The notes under the pieces were generated by a model. That model ran no database searches, was not told the DNA's origin, and saw only the letters and a program-made list of their open reading frames with translations. A stretch of 63,775 nt of DNA, filler included, from Neolecta irregularis DAH-3 (lineage: Eukaryota), in the NCBI GenBank assembly GCA_001929475.1. It is 10 parts of 10 records of this genome, joined end to end, with 100 filler letters (N's around TTAATTAATTAA, not from the genome) between each part and the next. Parts side by side here need not be neighbours in the genome. Positions count along the whole stretch, not along the records: positions 54,412 to 57,002 come from LXFE01002518.1; positions 57,103 to 62,589 come from LXFE01000189.1; positions 62,690 to 63,775 come from LXFE01002528.1; 7 more parts are not named here. One strand, 5' to 3'. Numbering within the stretch: position 1 is the stretch's first letter; each line of letters begins with the position of its first letter. Both the position numbers and the translations under genes were made by a program. Of this stretch, positions 54,312-63,775 are shown piece by piece.

Positions 54312-55689
54312 NNNNNNNNNNNNNNNNNNNNNNNNNNNNNNNNNNNNNNNNNNNNTTAATTAATTAANNNNNNNNNNNNNNNNNNNNNNNNNNNNNNNNN
54401 NNNNNNNNNNNAGTTTCGGTAACTTCGCATAACTCGGTTAGTCGTTATATCGCATCCGCGTTATCTCGCCTACAACGTTCACTGCAAATTCTGGAACTTT
54501 CAGTGAAAGTTCTGTATAAGTATCTTTATATTCAAACACTGTTCACTGCTTGCTCTCCACAATCCCCCCTCACTGTCCCCTGCCACCTGCCTCATCCCCT
54601 GGACTTGACCGCTTGCTCCCTCTAGCCACCTTGCCTGCGCGCTCCCTGCTCCCTTTCATCAGTTGCTGCCGTGCTGGACGACGAGCTGTGTACCTTGACC
54701 TCCAATTTGCCGCTGTAGATCAGCCTCGAGATGCATCTCAAAGACCTCGTCTCCCAGCGGCAGGACGACGTCAACCTTGCCTTGCGCCACGGCAAACCTA
54801 ATTGACTATCTGTGACTGACCGATTATCAGCAAGACGATGAGCTTCTGTGCTGCTGTCCGCTGTAAGTAACTATATACTTCTAGATACACAATTATTGCC
54901 TTGCCCTCTATGACAGGTCTGTAACGTTGTATGTTACACTTCCTGCCCTATAGGCGAAATCGTATTAGTCTCTATAGAACTTAGCCCTGCGGAGTGCAAG
55001 AGTATCTCAAGGTCTTGGGGTACAGTGCGGCAATAGGGACTTAGTAACAGCTTATCGGTATCTGGAAAAAGAACGAGATGTCTATTTCCTACCTAAGGGC
55101 TGGCTTATGTAGATCAGACAATGGCGACCAAGAAAACATTTATTTTTATTGTTATCCTTTCATGACTACTGCATGACGCCTCAAAAAAAAAGAGAGAAGC
55201 AGATAAATTCCAATGCAGATGCTCCGAATCATACATATATGGGTGACCATATGCATATCCACTCCCGACGGACATGGGTCTGATGTTGTTTCCGGCGTGG
55301 AGGATCTCTGGCCTCTGCTGCCTGGCACTTTGCCAGGCGCTGGCGGTGGACGTACTCCTCGACGGTGGAGGGTGCGCGGGGTCGCCGGAGCGGTTGGGTC
55401 CCAGTGTCTCGATGTGGATTTTGCGCTGCGACGGGTGCACGGCCAGCGACAGCGGTTTGTTCTGGGTCGGCAGGACTGAAGAGCCACAGCTAGAGGGCTG
55501 CCATCCAGTCACGGGCAGCAAACGGCTGGCGCAGATGAGGCGGTGGTACTGGAAGATGCTGCTGTGGTGGTCGAGCGTGAGGTTGTCCAGCGGGGCACGC
55601 ATGGCGGCATAGCGGTCACGGGCACCAGCGGCACTGGCAAGCTCGGCAGGAAGCGGCGTAGGCTGCATATCAGTGCGCCTGAGGGACAA

Positions 55690-56190
55690 GTCATGCAGCG
55701 CGATGGCGAGGGGGAGGAGGCGTTTATGGTGATGGGGAGCAGGAAGAAAGGCAGGGAGCGGCGTAGGAGGCGGGGAAAGCGAGCGGCGGGCGCAAGCGAG
55801 AATAAGCGAGATGTGGAGAAGCCGTGATAAGCGATAGCAAACGGGATGCGGCGCAGGGCCAGGTGCGTCGCAAGTTGCAGGCTGGCGGGATCGCGGGCGA
55901 GCGCGTGCAGGGTGGTCATGCCTGTGGTGTCTTTCGAGTTTACGCTTGCGCCCCAGCGGAGTGGGAGATCTACGGAGAGGCAGACGCCTTGGTACGCGGC
56001 CCAGCTGAGTGCAGTGTTTTGCTGAGAGTCTGGGGGGTCTAAGAGCAGATCGTGGTGGAGGAGGTCAGCGACGAGGAGGCGGTCGTTGTTGGCGGCCCGG
56101 TGCAGTGCAGAGATGCCCTGGTCGTCCCCATCGTAGACATGGGCGCGCCCGAAGGCGAAGTGGTTCTCGATGAGCGCGGTGTAGGGCGGC
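55690..56190 (-). pseudogene. AKR1-like (ankyrin/DHHC palmitoyltransferase) relic with internal deletions
   Basis: Frame upstream of ORF 55509-55919 reads DDQGISALHRAANND...DSQQNTALSWAAYQGVCLSVDLPLRWGASVNSKDTTGMTTLH. Confidence 0.65.
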
Positions 56191-57102
56191 CGCGAAGAGC
56201 GACAGTTAAGTGGCGGCTATGGCGGGGCTGGGCAGGGAGGCCTTTGTGGGGGTGAGGGTGGCCATTGGTAGAGGCGGGGGCTGGAGCTGGCCTTCCCATA
56301 CCACACTATAGGAGACAGAATTTGACCCCTGATACTGAGTTCTCATGCCACAGCACGCAGGGAGGCGGTGAGGATAAGGGAGGAGGGATGGGAAGGGGAG
56401 GAGAGTGGGTCGAAGGAGGAGATGGGGGAGACTCTGGGAGGGAGGACTATGAAAAGGAGGGAGAGGTGAAATGGGTAGTAGAAGGAGGAGGCATTCGAGT
56501 AGATATAGTTTGGCTGGTCTGGGTAGTCGTCTGTGGAGGAGTAGAGGCCGTAGTCTCTGGGTTTGACAAAGATCCGTGGGGGCTCAAGATAGGAGTGATC
56601 TGTTTCCTTAAGGTAGGTCTGCATGTGCAGCGGGAGATCGAGGGCGTGGTCGTGGCAGGAAAGGAGTTCCGAAAAACAAGGGAAGGAGTCTGGGGGGGAG
56701 TCTGTCTGCGCCGAAAAGTGGGACAGACCACTCGGGGCGCAGTGATCAACGAGTTCGATAAGCCTCCTCATTTCTTTTACATTGAGATCGTTCGTCAGCT
56801 ATTTCAGCGATCCTGTAGAAGGGCGCGAGATTCTAGACTCTGGTCTGGAGAGTAGGTCGTGGCGGTCGCTGTAGCGCGGGGCGGGGTAGGCCTGGACGAT
56901 GTTGAGGCTGTGGACCTTGGTGGACCTGGACTCGCTGGCGGAGGCACCGAAGGAGGAGGAGCGGCGGGTCCAGTTCAGGGGCAGGGGCGAGCCGTTGTAG
57001 TCNNNNNNNNNNNNNNNNNNNNNNNNNNNNNNNNNNNNNNNNNNNNTTAATTAATTAANNNNNNNNNNNNNNNNNNNNNNNNNNNNNNNNNNNNNNNNNN
57101 NN

Positions 57103-57440
57103 TTCTCTGAAGCTCTCAGACAAGGTGCTGAAGTCTACGCCCAACTCAAATCTCTTACTACGAAAAAGCATGGAGTTTCCGCTAAAACCGTCGGCGACGA
57201 AGGCGGTGTTGTTCCGAACATTGCTACCGCTCAGGAAGCTCTCGATCTGATTACAGGCGCTATCGAAGCAGCTGGATATACAGGACAAATCAAGATTGCC
57301 ATGGACGTCGCTTCATCCGAATTCTACAAGGAAGGAAAATGACTTGGTCTTTAAAAATCCCGACTCCGATAAGACTAAATGGGTCACCAGCAAGGAACTG
57401 GCCCATATTTACCTTGGACTTGTTGAAAAATATCCCATTG
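57103..57440 (+). pseudogene. Enolase fragment, downstream part
   Basis: [12 protein letters not shown]...[11 protein letters not shown]...[17 protein letters not shown], then a frameshift/stop before DLVFKNP; ends at KYPI. Confidence 0.9.
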
Positions 57441-57720
57441 AACTAAAAACATTTACAACATGATACATTGTGAATCGTGGGACTTCAAAATTAGATTCTG
57501 CCCCCACATTAATACGTCATGTGCAGAGCGCTATTTTTCATTCGACGAGTTTGGTACAAATCCTTCGACATGAATTTAGATGGATGTTTTTTGTAATTTC
57601 GTCACTCAATCAGCTTGCTACAAAAGAGCAAGCCTGGAATTTATGTATGTCATCAAAGCAGCGATACGGTAATTACAAAACAAATCAGGGTTTGATCAAA
57701 GGGAACTGAAAACACAACAA

Positions 57721-60700
57721 TTATGACTTAGTTATTCCCTGATCATTCGCAAGGACTTTCGCCATATACTTTTTCATCATGTAGAGGAACTCGACAGGGT
57801 AATGGTTGTAAAGGAACTCGACAGTGTCGCTGCGTCTCTCTTCTTCCTGCACACCTCGTGCTTCTTCTTCGGTATATGGTGGGTCTGGTGGCGAATCTTG
57901 CATTACTAGCATAATATCCATACCAAGCAAGATATTTGAATCCAATCCAAGAACGCCAAGCTTTGAGTTATAAATCGGCATATATTGATACTCCATCTTC
58001 GCCGGGTGAATGCCCGGAAATTTCCAACTTGACATTATCCTTCTTAGTTGATGGTCAATTGCCGAAAGGGTTTCTTGTGGAATGCGATCCCCCCTACCTA
58101 TAATAGATGTAATTCCAGTGATGAGGCAACTCCTGACTAGGAGTATGGGCTGATGTTGAGTCTCTATTTTGGGTATCCAAAAAAAGAGTATGTCTTTCGG
58201 GGGCGTATCAGGGTCCCAGAGAAAATCCGACGATGGGAAATAATTTTCAGAACCATTTTCCTGGTAGTTGCTATTTCCAAAGTCGAGTTCATTTGCGTCA
58301 AGGAAAAGAACCATCGTCTTGATCTGCGCTGAACTATGAGCAAACTGAATCTTCGCGAAGCGATCTATGATCTTCGCAGGAGTTTCAGCTCGAGGGTTTG
58401 ATAATGTTGAATATAACTTTCTGTATTCCTGTGGAATGGACGATGCTTTCGGGATTTTGATCTTGGGTAGGTCAGTCGGGTTTGTAATAACCCTCAGTTC
58501 TTTCTTTAAGTCACCATATAGCGCCCTGAAACTCCCTCCCAGAGATGTCTGGTCGATGGATGTCAAAGAGCTTTGCATTGTCTTATGACCCATCGACTTT
58601 CTAATAGCCTCCGGTTTTTTCGTTGACTTGACATACAATTTCAACATCTCATTAAAATCATCAGCCTTGTCATTTTTCTGTTTCTTAGTATTCTTTTGGG
58701 GTGTTTTGGGTTTCCCAACAGAAGCGGGCTTAGTCGAGGAATTTTGCGGTTTCAAGAGATCATGTGGCGCATCGACATTCACGGAGGATATCAAAGAGCT
58801 TTGCAATCTTGTCTTTGGCTTTGACGACACTGAAGAAGATAATGTTTTTGTAGATTCTTGAAGTCTACTTTGATCATTTTTGCGCGATGCGAGTCTAGTT
58901 TCTTCAGCCAATAACTTCTCAACCAACGAATTCTCTGGTCTCATGACATTATCGAGATCATGTGGCGCGTTTGCTTCCGTGGATGATATCAAAGACCTTT
59001 GAAATCTTGGCTTTGATGACTCTGGAGAAGACAATTTTTGTGCAGGTTTTTGAACTCCACTTTCATTATGTGATTTGGGTGGAATTATTCCAGCCGATGA
59101 GATATACTCAGACAGGGGAGGGGCGCCAGAATGCTTCTCGTTATTTCTGGATAGGTCTGAAGTATCGGTATTTGAAAGTGTCTTGGAAATCGCAGCTTGT
59201 GAGACATCCTTATTTGCAAAGGTGCCTTTCTTGACTTTCTTTGGCACATGAATTTGATCGTGAACATCCTTGTTTGCAAATGCGACTTTCTTTGTGACTT
59301 TGATATTCTTGGGCATAATTTGATCGTGATCATCCTTGCGCTTGTAATCACTTGCTGCGGAATTCGAAGTACTAATAGAAGAAACACTTTCAGCGATATT
59401 TTCATTATTCATATCGTTGTTGTCATTCGTCAAAGATTTTGAGGGCGGGTCTACTTCAACATGAGTGACGACTTTCGGGAGCGGATTCGTTAATTCTTTC
59501 AAATTGAAATTCTTTCTTGGATATTTCGGGGGGCTAGCAAGTATTCCACTCGACTGGAGATTGACATCACCGAGTTTAGACGCTTTTGGCTCTTCTATTT
59601 TAGTATTGTCATTTGGAGGATTTGTAATCGACGAGGAGGAACTTTTCCCTGGAACTTTGGCGTGAAGTTTAAGGGACGGCTCTTTCTCACTATTATCATT
59701 TCGACTTTTAGCAGGTTTTCTTTTTGCAGAAGATGATGAACCAGGATGAAATTGGTTTGACTTGAAGACCTGGTCACGTGGTACCTCGACAGGATCTTTG
59801 CCTTTTCTTAAAAGCCTGAGTCTGTCATCCGATAATATATCCGAATCACCAGAACTGAGACCAATCTGATCGGAAATTATCGATTTTGAATGGGATTCTG
59901 GAGAGTGGAAAGCCGTAAAATCTGGGGTTGAGGGCACTTCAGACAGATATCTGGTTGAGGACGAATCGGACAGATCCTTAGTTGGAGGCAATCCAGTCAT
60001 GTCCTTTGTTCGATGTGCATCAGGTGCAAACCTTTTATGTGAGTTTTCAAGTATTATAGGTACACATACGAAAATTGTCCAAAGTACGAAATGTGCCGGG
60101 ACTTTTTATTGTGAAATAATCGATCCTCAGGTGTGATATCGCTGGGTTTGGGTATATAGGAAAGTATCATGCAACGCGAGAGAGCGAACCACGGATCTCT
60201 TTGTGCTGCAATAACGTCCCTTGACAACTGAAAAGCACCACAACCATCTACGTGTTAGTAAATCTTGCGGGGTTAGGTGCTTCTTACCTCTACCAAGACA
60301 AGCTTCAGCACAAGAATCGTGATCATAGGAGTCATGAATTTCGAACAATCCAGACTTTATAGCTTCCTGGTCGTCTTTGGACACAACCACAAGCAGCTCA
60401 GAGGGAATAATTTCGAAAAGGTCTTTAACCATCACTTGATCAACGCTAGAATCTGTCATAACATCCTTGGAACGCTTGTATTGCGCAACATATTGCAGTT
60501 CTTTTGCCAACAGAAGACCATCAGAGCTCAAATGACGATCAGGAATGCTTGATAATAACTGACAATAAAAGGTTTGGAACCATGGAGTTGACTCATTGGA
60601 TAATATTTGGAAAGCTTCGCAAGATTCTGGACGATATCAGTGAAGTGTCTCAAATGGAAATGGTACTGGTTTTAATACACATTTGAGCACAGCGATCATG

Positions 60701-60850
60701 ATCCTGTGCTACCTGCATAAAGTCTATAAGAACCGCAGTGTTACTGGGGGAAAGAAGAGTATGAGATTCTTCATGAACAAAGAGGTCTTGTAGAAAGTGG
60801 GCTCCAGCTATCGAAATAACGGCGTAAAAGAACAAGAAGACGTGTCCCAT
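57721..60850 (-). CDS. About 1003-aa predicted secreted protein: signal peptide, 2 PAN/Apple-like repeats, S/K/P-rich linker, C-terminal globular domain
   Basis: Exons 60850-60667, 60626-60288, 60247-60070 and 60031-57721 join in frame through three 38-40-nt GT-AG introns with branch-like sites; total 3012 nt. Confidence 0.8.
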
Positions 60851-61344
60851 TGGGAGTTAGATGTGTTGACCTTGATCGTCACTCGGGTAGGCTTAGGTAG
60901 GCTAGTTGTCGTATAGCTTCAGACAACTACTTGTATTGAACCCGTTTATCGGAAACAGCTGTCTTTATATAGTATTTCTGTGGCGTTATTCTCTCCTATT
61001 CATTGGCTCCATGATGGATACCAAGTTTCATTCTCTGTCTTACTGCATCGAGTCCTATATACCCATTTGCGGCGTCCGATGCGGATCGCTCGTTAATGAC
61101 ATAGACAAGCTGTCTATCACCACTTGCATTTGTTGGCGGTTGGGGGTGTTCCTAGAGTACCTACAGCATTGTTTAGTGTCAGCGGAGAGAATTCAAACTG
61201 CGGAAATGACAAGGGAACGTCCATTTAATGCGTAGTGAGTCAAACATGTTCCACCTATGGCTGTCACCGAGACATTTTGACTACGGAATAGGGCTCGATA
61301 GTTGTGACTGCTGTTTACATCGAGTGAAACTGTCCATGGATAAA

Positions 61345-61399
61345 ATCCAGTCCATCCAGTCTATGGACCGGATGGACTGGATCACGTGATATAAACTAG
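61345..61399 (+). other. 38-bp imperfect palindrome followed by CACGTG and CTAG (Helitron 3'-end-like)
   Basis: ATCCAGTCCATCCAGTCTATGGACCGGATGGACTGGAT, then 13 nt, then CTAG|T. Confidence 0.5.
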
Positions 61400-61459
61400 T
61401 TAGGATTTACCCTGTTAGGAAAATAGCAGCTACAGGATCAATACAACATCCTTGATTTT

Positions 61460-61910
61460 CCATAACACCCTCACGTACCCGCCTCACAGCCCACCTCGCT
61501 TCACAGCCCATCTCTCCTCACAGCCCATCTCGCCTGTCTCTTCAGCCTTGCGCGCCTGTCTCGTGCCTCGCCACTTTCTCCCACCTTGCGCTCCTGCCTC
61601 TCCCACCTTACGCGCCTCGCCTTTCCCGTCCCTCCCACCTCTCCCCTCTTGCCCGTCCCTCCCGTCTCGCGCCCTCCTCCCATCTCAAGCTCATGTCTCG
61701 CCCAGCTCACGCGCCTCGCCAGCCCATCCCGCCCTCCCGTCCCTCCCTTCTCGCCGGCCCATCCCTCCCGCCGGTCCCGCCCACCTCACGCGCCTCCCTC
61801 CCATCTCTCCTGCCTCTACCGCCCGTCTCTCCCGCCTCTAGCCCCCATCTCTCCCGCCTCTTTTGCCTCTCTTCACACCCGTATCGCCCACCTCATGCTC
61901 CCGTTTCTCC
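61460..61910 (+). repeat. C/T-rich strand-skewed low-complexity repeat
   Basis: Recurring gcccatctctcc, ccctcccg and ctcacgcgcctc motifs. Confidence 0.7.
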
Positions 61911-61919
61911 TGTCTGTTT

Positions 61920-62589
61920 GGCCGAAACTGGCAATCACCAAAGTATTGTCCCATCTGGTGCTAGTACCGGTAGCGGTCATTCTATGCCTTTAAATTCTTA
62001 TAAATGCAGGTATATATGAAGCCTTTGAGCTTCGTGATAGAGATAAATCGAAATGGAGCGGGAAGGGTGGGATTCACATCATCGATAGGCACCAATTGAA
62101 GCACCTAGGTGTTATTAAAGCCATTTCTAGCCTGAACGATCTTATCGCCCCGCCCTTATCAAGGCCAATTTGGATATAAAGGACCAAATAACCGTTGATA
62201 AATTCCTGAATAAACTTGATGGATCCGACAATAAGTGTATTCGTCACTGTTCCCAGAAAAATCTTACAGGTAGCCAATCTTGGGGCCAATGCGATCCTAG
62301 GTGTCTCTATGGCGATTTGCAAAGCTGCAGCAGCTGAGAAGGGATTTCTTTGGCATATCATCTGCTTATGCTCTAGAAATTCCTTTATACACTCACATCA
62401 CAGAGCTGCTGGTTTAAACAAAGAATTTGTTCTTCCCGTTCCATGTTTTAATCTTGTCAAAGGAGGTATTCTGTTGATAAGTTACATGATGCTTGCTCTC
62501 TCCAGGTAGTCATGCTAGTGGAGTTTTGCCATTTCAAGAATTCATGATATTTCCGACGGAAGCGCCAACCTTCTCTGAAGCTCTCAGAC
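61920..62589 (+). pseudogene. Enolase fragment, upstream part, introns retained
   Basis: [74 protein letters not shown]; 1-nt frameshift near 62150. Confidence 0.9.
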
Positions 62590-62761
62590 NNNNNNNNNNN
62601 NNNNNNNNNNNNNNNNNNNNNNNNNNNNNNNNNTTAATTAATTAANNNNNNNNNNNNNNNNNNNNNNNNNNNNNNNNNNNNNNNNNNNNTTGAGTGGGAT
62701 CTTGGGTTAGTTGACCTTGAGATTGAATCTTGGGATTGGATACTATGACCAGTGGTATAGT

Positions 62762-63775
62762 AGATGGTTTTCGGGGCTGGCCAGTCCTTAATCGCTGAAA
62801 CCTTTGCTTCTTGTACCTCAACTCCTTGTGCTGATATCGTGAAACTGAGCCATTCAATAGTCTGTTTCTTGAACTCGCATTTCTTGAGTTTCAAGAAAAG
62901 CTGCGAACTCCTTAATCTTTCCAGAACATTATTTAAATTGATGGTATACTGCTCTTTACTTGGTGAAAAAACTAACATATCATCCATAAAGAAATTACAG
63001 CAGTAATCGAGTCCATTCAATGCGCAGTTCATCATTTGGATACATGTTGCCAGTGCATTTCCAAGTCCAAATGGTAGCACTAACCATTCAAAATGATCAA
63101 TAGAGGTCTTGAAGCCAGTCAANNNNNNNNNNGCTGCTCTTTACTTGGTGAAAAAACTAACATATCATCCATAAAGATATTACAGCAGTAATCGAGTCCA
63201 TTCAATGCGCAGTTCATCATTTGGATACATGTTGCCAGTGTATTTCCAAGTCCAAATGGTAGCACTAACCATTCAAAATGATCAATAGAGGTCTTGAAGC
63301 CAGTCAAAGGTATAGAATTTGTAGAGATTCTTTGCTGATAATATCCAGATGAAAAGTCGAGTTTCGAAAACCATTGTGCATTGCAGATGTGATCAATCAT
63401 CTCGTCGATCCTTGGCATTGCTGTTGAGTTCTTTTCAGTATTGCTGTTCAAATCGCAGTAATTAACACATATCCATAAGTTGCCAGATTTCTTCTTTGTA
63501 AACCTGCAGACTGCTCCATATTATGATGAACTTGGTCTGATAAATTTTCTCTCTACCAGATCTTTGATTTCTGTTCTTAACCATTTTTCTTCTAACACTG
63601 ACAATCTAGGCATTGGGCGATTTATTGGTCATCTCACCAGGTCAATGAGGAGGATTTCATGGTCTTCATCACATTTTGGGGGAAATGGGAACTGTTCATT
63701 GAAGACATCCTTATTCACATGCAGTACACTCTCCATTTCTGGTGAAATGGAAGCCTGCTGTTCACTGGTATTTAC
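62762..63775 (-). mobile_element. Second degenerate Ty3/Gypsy RT fragment, related to 52444-54311
   Basis: QFPFPPK, WFSKLDFSSGYYQQR, VLPFGLGN, FMDDMLVFS, LKLKKCEF, IKDWPAPK. Confidence 0.92.

Noticed and set aside
54412-55130. Short hairpins (54494-54512, 54920-54938) as LTR or TIR ends
   Set aside because: Stems are short and no partner end or target duplication is visible
56343-57002. 142-aa minus-strand ORF and upstream frames
   Set aside because: No recognisable motif; truncated by the contig end and cannot be supported as a gene
61452-62019. Pro/Ser/Arg-rich ORFs in all frames
   Set aside because: By-product of stop-poor C/T-rich repeat DNA

Overview
Eukaryotic, fungal DNA made of ten contig pieces joined by artificial 100-nt spacers (N44-TTAATTAATTAA-N44). 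Genes are very densely packed and have 30-50 nt introns. Gene content (complex I subunits, Csk1-like kinase, Chs4, CRIB-bearing WASP) suggests an early-diverging ascomycete such as a Taphrinomycotina fungus; this taxonomy is inference. Bases 1-51.2 kb are mostly housekeeping genes: GCN1, a TZF/zfs1-like gene, a CCHC knuckle gene, GDB1, CAK, APC1, EIF1AD, ECT1, HAL3/PPCDC, NUZM, PITH, RRP40, CCZ1, GILT, BTB, fatty alcohol oxidase, MFS, EGD1, WASP, IVY1, CBP4, CHS4, NDUFA2, eIF2B-gamma and Lon. This part also holds a Tourist-like MITE and a divergent gene pair whose start codons share one CATG. Bases 51.2-63.8 kb are repeat-rich: two CpG-mutated Ty3/Gypsy relics and orphan host-gene fragments (a TF, AKR1, enolase). 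The most notable item is a terminally redundant 5.47-kb contig (tandem unit or circle). It carries a 4-exon, about 1003-aa predicted secreted protein with two PAN/Apple-like repeats, an intron-containing enolase fragment and a Helitron-like hairpin-CTAG end. All spliced models were built by eye and no searches were run.
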